The position numbers and the translations under genes were made by a program. This document shows, piece by piece, positions 10,021 to 19,306 of a DNA stretch of 64,000 nt. The DNA comes from a virus (lineage: Duplodnaviria > Caudoviricetes): positions 32,001 through 96,000 of the IMG/VR virus record IMGVR_UViG_3300035390_000014; one strand, given 5' to 3'. The number at the start of each line of letters is the position of its first letter. The first letter of the stretch is position 1. The notes below the pieces were generated by a model. That model did no database searches and had not been told where the DNA came from. It saw only the letters and a list, made by a program, of their open reading frames with translations.

Positions 10021-10740
10021 TTAATTATTTTTATATCCTTTAGCACCAAGTCTTGAGGAACTTCTACGTTTATCATCAACTAGGCTTCCAGTCATAACCT
10101 TTTCAATGATACTCTGTTCACCTCTTTCTTCAGTTATAAGACCTGTTTTAATAGCATCATTGATATTTTCAAATGCTAATCCATTTACAAAACCCTCTGA
10201 GAAAATAACCTTTTTTAGATTAACTAATATTGGGTCCCAAGTTGATCCTAATCTAGCAGATATCTGAATGTTCTTTTTATCCCTTAATACTTGGGAACAC
10301 ATAATTTCCAAATGAACTGAATCCATATCTGATAGTTTTCCATAAACTGCGAATAATTTTCTATATAGATGCCCTGCATCTTTTAATATTTCTCTACCAC
10401 CAATCAATCTTTCAACATATGAAATTTGTACGGCTGATTCTCCAGCCTCAGTTGATACTTCTAATATTGGCGAATTGGCTTCAAATTTTAATTTAACATA
10501 ATCTTTTTCAATATTTTCTCTTTCATATACAAATAATTCAAGAGCATAATCTAATGTTATATCAAATATTTTGTCGCCATATTCAGCTTTAGCTAATAAT
10601 GATTTAACCCAAATTCTCTTACCTTCTTCTTTTTCTAAGAAATTTGTTTTATCATAATTACTCATATCAATAGATAATATCATCGCTTGAGTGGTGATTA
10701 ATTGTTGTTCATGTTGTTTTAAAAATTGAGTTATTTTCAT
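10021..10740 (-). CDS. rpoC: RNA polymerase beta' subunit, C-terminal fragment
   Basis: VHLEIMCSQVLR (cf. KHIEVIVRQML), FVNGLAFEN (cf. FISAASFQE), IIEKVMTGSLV (cf. LKENVIVGRLI). Confidence 0.88.
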   Translation of the reverse strand: MKITQFLKQHEQQLITTQAMILSIDMSNYDKTNFLEKEEGKRIWVKSLLAKAEYGDKIFDITLDYALELFVYERENIEKDYVKLKFEANSPILEVSTEAGESAVQISYVERLIGGREILKDAGHLYRKLFAVYGKLSDMDSVHLEIMCSQVLRDKKNIQISARLGSTWDPILVNLKKVIFSEGFVNGLAFENINDAIKTGLITEERGEQSIIEKVMTGSLVDDKRRSSSRLGAKGYKNN

Positions 10741-10743
10741 AAT

Positions 10744-11130
10744 TTACGCCCGTTGCATTTGTTTTTGTAAACGTTCTTTCTTTTGATCCAATATCTTCTT
10801 TTTATTCGCATCTTGTTTCATTTGATTTGCTTTAGCATTCATAGCATTCTTTTTAGATGGGTCTTGCTCCATTGAGGCAGCAGCTTTAGCTTTTTTATGT
10901 TTACGATATAAATAATATGCTCCCAAGGCTGCAACTTGAGCTCCAGGAACTACTGCCATTGCGCCACCAGCTGCTGTGGCAATACCATGGCCGGCTGCTG
11001 CTCCAGCAACTTGAACTGCGGCATATTTACCAGTTCTGCCCAACTTAGTCTCTTTATCATCTTGACCTGTTTTATCCATCAAGCCTTCACGTAAACAATA
11101 GAAGGTATATTCCTCAGATAAAGTTATCAT
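10744..11130 (-). CDS. Gly/Ala-helix plus basic-tail protein; predicted head-packaged
   Basis: CLRE/G site; AALGAYYLYRKHKK...EQDPSKK motif shared with 13765-14355 and 16597-17016. Confidence 0.7.
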   Translation of the reverse strand: MITLSEEYTFYCLREGLMDKTGQDDKETKLGRTGKYAAVQVAGAAAGHGIATAAGGAMAVVPGAQVAALGAYYLYRKHKKAKAAASMEQDPSKKNAMNAKANQMKQDANKKKILDQKKERLQKQMQRA

Positions 11131-11135
11131 AATAT

Positions 11136-11408
11136 TTAACCCTTACAAGTTTTAGAGCATTTAGTTCCATACCCACTTTTATAACTTTTGAATTTTAATA
11201 TTTTACCGCATTTACATATTGGTCTATCACTTAATCCTTTAGATACATTATATGATCTTTCAGTTATAGTAGCAGACTTTGGTAAATAATCTGTATACTC
11301 ATATAATGCATTATAGATTCTTGGGTTATCTTTTTTTAATTTTTTAGTACTTGGTGCTTTTTCTCCATATGTATCTTGAATATAAATTGAAACTATTTGT
11401 TTATTCAT
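11136..11408 (-). CDS. Small protein with C-terminal Cys cluster (CKCG...CSKTC)
   Basis: 90 aa ORF; the Cys pattern resembles DNA-binding modules attached to phage homing endonucleases. Confidence 0.65.
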   Translation of the reverse strand: MNKQIVSIYIQDTYGEKAPSTKKLKKDNPRIYNALYEYTDYLPKSATITERSYNVSKGLSDRPICKCGKILKFKSYKSGYGTKCSKTCKG

Positions 11409-11422
11409 AATAATTACCCCTT

Positions 11423-13765
11423 TTATTTTTCTAATCCAGACATTGGATCATTGTTAATTATATCTGCTAACATATCTCTTTTTATCAATGAAACAGCTCC
11501 ACCTGTATGGAATGTTTTCATGATAAGCTGTGTGCCTCTCTCTCCAATAATTTGAGCAGCAAGAATTCCAACATACGGGGTGTTATGTCTTTCTAATAAT
11601 TTACCATAACAAGTATGACAAATCTTTTGAGATTTACAGTATATAGGAGTTCTCAAACTTACAATATCTCCTAGTTTAAATTTGCCTTCATCAAATAACA
11701 TTAGCTTACCTTGTTTGATTACATAACGTCCTTTAAATCTTCCCATTAACATTTTATCTAACTTTACATCTAATGTTCTAGTTGTTCCGCAGTCTTTAGT
11801 AACCCTATCTAACTCAACTGTATTTAAAAGATATGCTAATTTACGAGACATATAGCCAGTATCAGCCGTATTGATAACCCTATCAATAATACCTTTACGT
11901 GCCCCTTGAGATGCGTCAAAGAATTCTCTATTAGACAAACCGTCTGCGAATGACCCTGATATAGGGTCTAAAACATTACCATCAGGATCAGCTATAACAC
12001 CCTTTGCAACCAATATCTGCATTGGTTGACCCCATCCTTTTGTTGATCCAGAATTAGCAAGATCACCAAACCCTGTATTATCTAAATGTTTTTCTAATAT
12101 TGTTTGAGCTTCTTCTAATAAAGTTTGAGCTTCTTCTGGGTTAGCGGTTTTTAATTTTTCTTTAATTTTTATAACAGAATCAGGTAATGCAAAATCATCT
12201 AAATTCATTGAAGGAGCCATAATTGTAGCCCATTTAAAACCAACATCTTTTAATTTATCAACAACTTGCTTTATTACTTCTCCACCGTGCTTTTCATAAG
12301 TTAATTCAATTCTAGCACCAATAGTTTTTTTAGTTGCTTGAGCTTCCATGAAACCAAGATCAGTAGGGAAACAACTATTAACAATTGCTTTACCCATTGT
12401 TGTGTTTACACCTCTATATTTAACAGCTATATATGGTTCTTTAGCATTAACTAAATCTTCATTTGATACTGCTAATGGAGAACCTGTGGCAGTTCTATCT
12501 TTTGTAATTGTGTATAAACCAGCCCAAATCTCTTTTGAAAGACCAAAAATAAATTCATTTGATGATGTACCACTTGTTAATTTCATCATTCTAGTTCTTG
12601 CTTCTTCCTGAGCTTCATTTGTTAGTGGATGATATATAGCCATTGTATCACCATCAAAATCGGCATTATGAACACCAACCTGAGTGGTTGACATAAGCAT
12701 TGTATCGCCTCTATGTAATACAGGGTTGTATGCTAAATAACTTTGAGTATGAAGAACTGGATCTCTTTTTACAACAACAATTCTACCCTTCATTGAAATT
12801 TCAGTTTGTTCAAAGAATAATTCATATAATTCTTCTGGCACTTTATCGCCTTCTTTAATACCTTTCATTACTCTTTTAACTGCTTCAACTGATAAATCCA
12901 TCCCGGTAAATTCTTTTACCCCATTTGATAAAACTTCTTTGTCAACTCTACCTGAATATAATAAACGGTGCATAATAAAAGGTTCAAATAAACCAATAGC
13001 TAATCTTAAAGGAACCCCACATTCATTTATAAGTAAATTAGGATCTGGTGTAATAACAGCACGCCCGGAAAAGTCAATACGCTTTCCAAGCATCTGTTCT
13101 CTAATAATTCCATGTTTTTTACCAATTTTAGATCTAATATAATTATCATGATCCATTACTGATTGGTGCATAGCATAATTTAATAAATCATATAATGGAC
13201 CTGAACCAGATGATCTTAGTTGTGATGCTCTTCTCATTAAAGCAAGATAAACATCATTTAAAGCATCTATCATCCAATTACCATCTTCCCCTTGTACAGC
13301 TGGTCTTAACTCAGGTGGTATAACAGGGATTTTATCAATAAAAATTGTATCATTTTTTGTTTCTCTTATAACAAATTTTATTAGTTTATCTCTTAATTCA
13401 GTCTCACCTCTCCATTTAATAGAGGGAAATAATTTAATAAACTCTTTTATACCAGTAACACCACCAGTTTCAACTATTTCTAACCTACCATCTTTATCTA
13501 ATATAAAAGATTCCTCAGTTGATATAAATTTTTCAATTTTTCTATCCAACTGAAGTAATACTCTATATACTGATGGATGAATAGCAAACCCATGTAATTC
13601 AATATATGAAAATAAAATTCTTCTATCTTTCGAACCATCTGGTCCAAATATTTCTTCGCTATATAAACCTTCCTCATGAAAATGACCAGTCTTAGTGGTA
13701 GTAATCATAGAGGTCACAGGTTTCAAATTCTGACTGAAATTAGATGGATTGAGTAATTTTAACAT
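11423..13765 (-). CDS. rpoC: RNA polymerase beta' subunit, N-terminal/catalytic fragment
   Basis: GLYSEEIFGP, IPVIPPELRP, LGKRIDFSGRAVI, catalytic NADFDGD, bridge helix GARKGIIDRVINTADTGYMSRKL, trigger loop GERGTQLIMKTFHTGG. Confidence 0.97.
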   Translation of the reverse strand: MLKLLNPSNFSQNLKPVTSMITTTKTGHFHEEGLYSEEIFGPDGSKDRRILFSYIELHGFAIHPSVYRVLLQLDRKIEKFISTEESFILDKDGRLEIVETGGVTGIKEFIKLFPSIKWRGETELRDKLIKFVIRETKNDTIFIDKIPVIPPELRPAVQGEDGNWMIDALNDVYLALMRRASQLRSSGSGPLYDLLNYAMHQSVMDHDNYIRSKIGKKHGIIREQMLGKRIDFSGRAVITPDPNLLINECGVPLRLAIGLFEPFIMHRLLYSGRVDKEVLSNGVKEFTGMDLSVEAVKRVMKGIKEGDKVPEELYELFFEQTEISMKGRIVVVKRDPVLHTQSYLAYNPVLHRGDTMLMSTTQVGVHNADFDGDTMAIYHPLTNEAQEEARTRMMKLTSGTSSNEFIFGLSKEIWAGLYTITKDRTATGSPLAVSNEDLVNAKEPYIAVKYRGVNTTMGKAIVNSCFPTDLGFMEAQATKKTIGARIELTYEKHGGEVIKQVVDKLKDVGFKWATIMAPSMNLDDFALPDSVIKIKEKLKTANPEEAQTLLEEAQTILEKHLDNTGFGDLANSGSTKGWGQPMQILVAKGVIADPDGNVLDPISGSFADGLSNREFFDASQGARKGIIDRVINTADTGYMSRKLAYLLNTVELDRVTKDCGTTRTLDVKLDKMLMGRFKGRYVIKQGKLMLFDEGKFKLGDIVSLRTPIYCKSQKICHTCYGKLLERHNTPYVGILAAQIIGERGTQLIMKTFHTGGAVSLIKRDMLADIINNDPMSGLEK

Positions 13766-14355
13766 TATTTCTTAGCCTTAGCTTTTTCTATTTTTTGTTT
13801 TTGTTTAATCATTTTTTGTTTTAAAATTTCTTTCTGTTCAGGATCTTTTTCAGAACTATATTTTTTCTTTAAACCTTTATATGTAAAATATAATGCCAAA
13901 AGAACAGCAGATGCACCAACGGCATATCCTTCTTTTACCAATGTCGGCGGTTTCATTTTCTTATTAAATGTCTTAGTTGATTTAGTTTTTAACGCCGCCT
14001 GACTTACAGTATTAGGAATTGCTTTATTATATTTATTTAATAATTTTGTAAGTTTAATAACTACTCCTGGTAAATGTCCATCAGGTTGTTTTTCAGCCAT
14101 TCTCTTTGCAAGTTTTAATGAAAATTCAATCATCTTAGCATCTTTATAACCATATCTATTACAAATTGGAAACAAAGTATGTTCAGATCCCTGACCCAAT
14201 TTTAAATAACAACCAGGATTTTTTTCAGCATCAGATTTTACAAATTCTGGAGATAATCTTTTTAAATCATCATGATAAGTTATTGGTGATATTAGTTTAT
14301 AGGCTGTTCTTAATAACTCAGATAAATTTTGAAATTCTTCATTTAAATTTTCCAT
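13765..14355 (-). CDS. Hypothetical protein with C-terminal TM plus basic module
   Basis: LVKE/GYAVGASAVLLALYFTYKGLKKK...EKDPEQK. Confidence 0.7.
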   Translation of the reverse strand: MENLNEEFQNLSELLRTAYKLISPITYHDDLKRLSPEFVKSDAEKNPGCYLKLGQGSEHTLFPICNRYGYKDAKMIEFSLKLAKRMAEKQPDGHLPGVVIKLTKLLNKYNKAIPNTVSQAALKTKSTKTFNKKMKPPTLVKEGYAVGASAVLLALYFTYKGLKKKYSSEKDPEQKEILKQKMIKQKQKIEKAKAKK

Positions 14356-14377
14356 ATATAAAACTCCCTTTTAGTCT

Positions 14378-14393
14378 TTATTATTTGTTCTAA
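14378..14393 (-). promoter_or_regulatory. Putative phage promoter (AGAACAAATAATAA) heading the RNAP operon
   Basis: Motif copy immediately downstream of a terminator and about 25 bp upstream of the ATG at 14355. Confidence 0.6.
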
Positions 14394-14414
14394 AAAAAGA
14401 GTAATAAAACCGAC

Positions 14415-14454
14415 AAAAAAAAGAGCATCCCAAATTAATGGAATGCTCTTTTTT
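14415..14454 (-). terminator. Rho-independent terminator
   Basis: Minus strand GAGCAUUCCA-UUAAUU-UGGGAUGCUC (10 bp including one G-U) followed by U8. Confidence 0.85.
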
Positions 14455-14465
14455 ATTTACTTTAT

Positions 14466-15914
14466 TTAAAAGTCTAAATCGACCAATTTTGATAATTCTA
14501 TAATTTTATCATCCAATTGTCCAGAAAAGTATAATGTATAAAACTTAACCATATTACTTTCTATTTTGGAAAGAGGGATGCCTCCGTAAGGTTTACCATC
14601 AAAGATATTAAAGAAATTAACTCTTGAGGTTCGTCCAACAAAATAACTCATAATTTTATAAGGTAATATTTTGGTTTGAAAACCAAAGAAGTTATTAGTC
14701 TTGTCCTGAACATTAATAAAACCTGCTTCATTATTAACATTCTTTATTTTATAAGTAGTGGCAACTGCTGGAGAACTAGTAGGATAAAAATTCAACATTG
14801 AAAACATATCTGAATATTCATTGTGAAAAACTTGTTGTAATAGTTTTTGCAAATAAACAGACATGACTATTGAATGTTCCGGAGATAAGGTTTTGAAGTG
14901 AAAGTAAGGAATATTAGTGATTTTTGATAATAGTGGAAATACCAAACAATCGCTTAAAGGTGATATATATTCTATATCCTGAACTCTTTGTTGAAACTCA
15001 GCTAAATTTTTATCAGCAGCATCATTATTATCAACAGCCATTGGAGTTGTTTTATCAATTTCTTTATAGATATATTCATAGGCAATACCCTTCAATCTTC
15101 CAAGAGTATCATTATAACTATATGTTTTAAGATTATCAACATTCAATCCATGAATATCTTCAGTTGATACTGAATCATCATAAACTATTGTTTTCTTATA
15201 TACTGATCTAAGGAACCATTTAACTGATTCCTCAACAACTCCAACAAAGTAAGTAATTGGATTTTTATCCTCTTCACAGAGAATAAGAATTGAGTTCATA
15301 ATGAAATTGAATATTTCAACTGTATGAACATCAATTGATTTACATTGGATCATCTTGATATATTCCCACATATATCTATCAGTGAGGTTATATCTAAATG
15401 TTTTAGTTTTAACAATGTTGAATATTTTAAAAACAACATCTGTATTCATTATTTCTTCAACAAGCATATTATAAATTTTCTTATGGACTTGATTTGATAT
15501 CACAATGTCTTGTCTAATTGAGATCAATGAATATAGTTTCAAATAACCAGAAACCACCAAAATCTTTCTTATTTCAGCAGGTTCAAATAAAATTGTCCCT
15601 TTCTTAACTTTAGATCTATCAACAAATTTAGAATAATCCATATTTTGAATATCAAAATATTTATCAATGTATTCTTTTAAAATGTTGATGTTATTAGTTA
15701 TGTAATTTAAATCATCTTTGTCTTTATACTCTTCAATAAATTTAAAAAACCATTCTGAAAATTCATCACCACTTGCTTCATTTACACTTTTAATAAAATC
15801 AGTAACAATATGAAATTTGTTAGTGACTGAGGAAGATTTCAAATTAAGTTCAATAGTTTTTTCACCCAAAGACATTGACCACTTCTTCTGTTCTAATTTT
15901 TCAAACTCAAGCAT
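14466..15914 (-). CDS. Hypothetical protein; candidate sigma-like promoter-specificity subunit
   Basis: 482 aa helical protein next to the RNAP operon. NPITYFVGVVEESVKWFLR loosely resembles sigma region 2.3-2.4. The CDS is certain; the function is speculative. Confidence 0.4.
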   Translation of the reverse strand: MLEFEKLEQKKWSMSLGEKTIELNLKSSSVTNKFHIVTDFIKSVNEASGDEFSEWFFKFIEEYKDKDDLNYITNNINILKEYIDKYFDIQNMDYSKFVDRSKVKKGTILFEPAEIRKILVVSGYLKLYSLISIRQDIVISNQVHKKIYNMLVEEIMNTDVVFKIFNIVKTKTFRYNLTDRYMWEYIKMIQCKSIDVHTVEIFNFIMNSILILCEEDKNPITYFVGVVEESVKWFLRSVYKKTIVYDDSVSTEDIHGLNVDNLKTYSYNDTLGRLKGIAYEYIYKEIDKTTPMAVDNNDAADKNLAEFQQRVQDIEYISPLSDCLVFPLLSKITNIPYFHFKTLSPEHSIVMSVYLQKLLQQVFHNEYSDMFSMLNFYPTSSPAVATTYKIKNVNNEAGFINVQDKTNNFFGFQTKILPYKIMSYFVGRTSRVNFFNIFDGKPYGGIPLSKIESNMVKFYTLYFSGQLDDKIIELSKLVDLDF

Positions 15915-15964
15915 TTAAACTCCTTTTTTTGTTATAAAAATTAAACAAACTATTCTATGTTATG

Positions 15965-15985
15965 TTATGTATATTAATATATATA
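15965..15985 (-). promoter_or_regulatory. 21-bp intergenic motif, copy 2
   Basis: Identical to 2129-2149 and 44243-44263; 50 bp upstream of the ATG at 15914. Confidence 0.55.
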
Positions 15986-16075
15986 ACATAGTGGTTTAAT
16001 TTATAATACATATAACATACTTATACGTAAATATATATATTTAACAAAAAATACTATATTGGAAACATACTTAAA

Positions 16076-16591
16076 TTATTTTATTACAAATCTTCTTACC
16101 ATTGAAATTACAACTTCTTTATCAATAAAGTCCCCAGGACAAGTTAATTCTTCATCAGATGATACTTCATTATGAAATTTAATTCGACTTGGATCTAATT
16201 TAAACATTTTCAACATAGGGTTTAATAACCTAAAAGCCAGTACTTCATACATACGTTTTTGTGGAACCTTAAAATCATAGTTACCTAATAAGGCAACATG
16301 AATAGCTCTGTTATTTATATTAGCATCAATATCATCCCATTCACACAAATAAACAAAAGGTCTACAAACAAAAGGATAATATTCTTCATCTATTTTTTCA
16401 ATTACATAATGATAATTAACATCTGAATGCTTCATTTCAAGTACACCCTTTGATAAACCTTGTACTTGAAACTTAGCATTATCTATCTTAGACGCTGGAT
16501 TTTTATATAATTCAGAGGTATGATGCAATATAATCCATTTAACTTTACCTCTTCTGATTTTCATCAAACTTGGTTTTAATGGGATTTTCAT
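16076..16591 (-). CDS. N-acetylmuramoyl-L-alanine amidase (amidase_2 type)
   Basis: IILHHT, NYHYVI, AIHVALLGNY, FHNEV, TCPG (His/His/Cys zinc ligands). Confidence 0.85.
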   Translation of the reverse strand: MKIPLKPSLMKIRRGKVKWIILHHTSELYKNPASKIDNAKFQVQGLSKGVLEMKHSDVNYHYVIEKIDEEYYPFVCRPFVYLCEWDDIDANINNRAIHVALLGNYDFKVPQKRMYEVLAFRLLNPMLKMFKLDPSRIKFHNEVSSDEELTCPGDFIDKEVVISMVRRFVIK

Positions 16592-16596
16592 ATTTT

Positions 16597-17016
16597 TTAA
16601 GCCTTTTTAGCTTTTAATTTTTGAGATCTATTTTTAGCTGAAGCAGCTTTCTTTCTAAATAATTCTTTCTCTTCTGGTGTATCAGCTTCTTTCTCTTTAT
16701 TTTTCCATTTTTTATAAAGTTTATAAGCTAAATAGGCAGCGCCAGCTAAACCAGCAGCGCCAGCAGCGCCAGCTGCCTGACCAACATGTTTACCCATTGC
16801 ACCAGATCTATTAATTTTTTTATTTGTAGAATCTACGTCATTATTCCAAGTCTTGATACGATCTTTAGACCCTAACATTTTTCCAACTGTTTTTCCTATT
16901 TCTTTATTTTTTCTTTTTATAGCCCATTCTTTACCACGTTCTTCGTTTGGTTTATATAAATCTTTTAATCCAAATTTAGCTTCATCTATCATATATTGCT
17001 CAGTTAAAGTTAACAT
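16597..17016 (-). CDS. Gly/Ala-helix plus basic-tail protein; predicted head-packaged
   Basis: YMIDE/A site; GAAGAAGLAGAAYLAYKLYKKWK...EADTPEEK. Confidence 0.7.
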   Translation of the reverse strand: MLTLTEQYMIDEAKFGLKDLYKPNEERGKEWAIKRKNKEIGKTVGKMLGSKDRIKTWNNDVDSTNKKINRSGAMGKHVGQAAGAAGAAGLAGAAYLAYKLYKKWKNKEKEADTPEEKELFRKKAASAKNRSQKLKAKKA

Positions 17017-17031
17017 ATTTGGTACTCCTTA

Positions 17032-18414
17032 TTATGCGAAATATCCTGGTTCATTTGTTTGTATTATTGGTGGATTTATAACTGATTCTAAAACGGTTGC
17101 TAATCCTTCTGAGGATTCTTCTATAGCTACATCAGCTTCTGCTAATTGAGTCTCCACTGTTTCAGAAAGAGAAGTTATATTTTCTTTAATATCATTAGGT
17201 ACATTTGATTCATCTAATAATGTGGCCACATCAAATGTACCATCGTCAGTAAGATACATATTTTTCAATGTAGCATTAACATATTTAATACTATCATCTA
17301 AATATTCTATATATGGGTCTTGGGAATCTTGAGCTAATGGTTTAGCTTCTTCATATGCAACTGCAAAAGCTGGAGTTTCTAACATAACTGGAATATCAGG
17401 ATAACCTGGAACATTTTCAATTCCTGGAAATTCATCAGTTTTAACAATAGGTAAAAGATCTTCAACTAATATCCCAGTACTAAGAGATGTTTTAATTTTA
17501 GTTAATGCACTAGAAAATGTTGAGTCTTTAACCATGTCAGTTATATATGGGTATCCAGGAATATCAGAAACATCTGCAAACTCTGGAAATTCAAATATCT
17601 CAAAACTAGTAACATCTGGTAATTTTTTTGTTGTTAAATCTTCAAATTTATCATAAATTTTTTTAAAATCTTCATCAGCAGTCATTGCTGATAAGTCTGG
17701 ATATCCAGCAAGATCTTTTAAAGATTCATAACCTGCTACAGTTGGGAAAGAAGAACTATTAAGGTCCGGGATACTTGGTACATCAAAATTTCTACCGCAA
17801 ATAGCTTCTATACAATTAAACAAACCATCAAAATTAGATAACAAATCTGCAATTCCAAGACTTTTTAAAATAGAATTAATTTCATTAATTAAAAAAGCTA
17901 TCGGTCCTTCTATTAAAGCTGATAATCCATCTAAAATACCATTCAATGCCTTACCTAATAAATCAGTTATAACATTTATAAAATCACTAACTAATTCTTC
18001 TATACTCATTAAACCATCAAGTAAATTACTTTTTAACAAACCACAATTTTGTAATATATTATCAATATCACTTGTATCAGGCACTGGAGGTATAGAACTT
18101 GACATTGTATCTTCAATTAAATTTGTGGCATCATCAATTTCATTAATTGGAGTAGCTGCCTCATTTTCTAAATTGCCCAATCCTGATTTTAATAAACCAA
18201 GAGGACCATTAACAGCAGCTTCGGCTCCTGATAATCCAGTAGAAATTTTATCAAGTTGATTGGTAAAATCTGTGCATACACTATTTGTCATTCCAGATAC
18301 TCCAGGTATGCCCAGCGCACCTAATCCATCTGACGATGGAAATTTTTCATTTATTGTGGCTCCAGTGGTTATAATGCTACTAATAGGAGTTGTTTCTAAT
18401 AATATATTAGTCAT
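17032..18414 (-). CDS. Acidic protein with three internal GYP repeats; probable baseplate/tail component
   Basis: Translationally coupled to the gp5-like gene; repeats LAGYPDL, IPGYPYI, VPGYPDI about 50 aa apart. Confidence 0.55.
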   Translation of the reverse strand: MTNILLETTPISSIITTGATINEKFPSSDGLGALGIPGVSGMTNSVCTDFTNQLDKISTGLSGAEAAVNGPLGLLKSGLGNLENEAATPINEIDDATNLIEDTMSSSIPPVPDTSDIDNILQNCGLLKSNLLDGLMSIEELVSDFINVITDLLGKALNGILDGLSALIEGPIAFLINEINSILKSLGIADLLSNFDGLFNCIEAICGRNFDVPSIPDLNSSSFPTVAGYESLKDLAGYPDLSAMTADEDFKKIYDKFEDLTTKKLPDVTSFEIFEFPEFADVSDIPGYPYITDMVKDSTFSSALTKIKTSLSTGILVEDLLPIVKTDEFPGIENVPGYPDIPVMLETPAFAVAYEEAKPLAQDSQDPYIEYLDDSIKYVNATLKNMYLTDDGTFDVATLLDESNVPNDIKENITSLSETVETQLAEADVAIEESSEGLATVLESVINPPIIQTNEPGYFA

Positions 18415-19298
18415 TATGTATCCCTCTTACCTGCAGGCACTGTTGGGTTTGCTTTTTCTACTGATGATGATGATCCTGTATTATCATTAATAACACCAGC
18501 ATCTCTCGCTATTATAGACCCAGCTTTAGTATGATGGCCTACACCTGCACCATCAATTATTGAAAGACCCGCTTTTCTATTATTTGATAAAACTGCTTCA
18601 GTATTAATATTTTGACCTTTAATATGAATATCTTTTTTAACATTTAAACTAAATTTTCCACCGCAATTAATATTTATATCATTTTTAAAATCAATTTGAA
18701 GGTTTTGTTGATCAATATCAATATGAATATAATCACCTTTATAGGTTCTTATTAAGATTTTTTCTCTTTTTTCTCTTTCATCTAATAATATAGTAGTTTG
18801 ATTATCATCAATCTTAGTTACAGATGTTACATCGCCAGAAGGAGGTTCTTTAATTAATCTTTTTTTCCCTGTTATTTCAACTCGAGCATCATCTGGATCA
18901 TCAGACATCATAATTGTTCGACCTTGATGACTTTTTAATATAACCCATTTATCTTCTGGGTTTGATCCTGTTTTACATTCTGGCAATACTGTAGTATTTT
19001 CTAAATCACATGATCCAAAATAATAAGGATTACTGGGATTACCTGCTTCAAAAAATACAAAAACCCAACTACCTTTTTTAGGAATAAATGATGACCCCAT
19101 ATAATGATGTTCTTCATCACCTTCCATATTTCTTCCACCAACTGGATTATTCGCCGGACTTGCTAACAATCCTCTGGTCGGTTCAACTTCTGGCATTATT
19201 TGAGGAATCCATACTGTTATACGACCATAGAATTTAGGGTCTCTATTCCCTACAACTAATGCTCTATAAAATCCATAAAGTTCATTTGATATATCCAT
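18414..19298 (-). CDS. Baseplate central spike (T4 gp5/VgrG-like OB fold plus beta-helix)
   Basis: YRALVVGNRDPKFYGRITVWIP, FIPKKGSWVFVFFEAGNPSNPYYFG, repetitive beta-strand C-terminus; no lysozyme domain. Confidence 0.88.
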   Translation of the reverse strand: MDISNELYGFYRALVVGNRDPKFYGRITVWIPQIMPEVEPTRGLLASPANNPVGGRNMEGDEEHHYMGSSFIPKKGSWVFVFFEAGNPSNPYYFGSCDLENTTVLPECKTGSNPEDKWVILKSHQGRTIMMSDDPDDARVEITGKKRLIKEPPSGDVTSVTKIDDNQTTILLDEREKREKILIRTYKGDYIHIDIDQQNLQIDFKNDININCGGKFSLNVKKDIHIKGQNINTEAVLSNNRKAGLSIIDGAGVGHHTKAGSIIARDAGVINDNTGSSSSVEKANPTVPAGKRDT

Positions 19299-19306
19299 GA
19301 CTATCC

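Noticed and set aside
10741-11422. Self-splicing intron separating the beta' halves
   Set aside because: The gap is filled by two ordinary ORFs with their own starts, the C-terminal fragment has its own ATG, and I recognised no group I or II core motifs. Not formally excluded.
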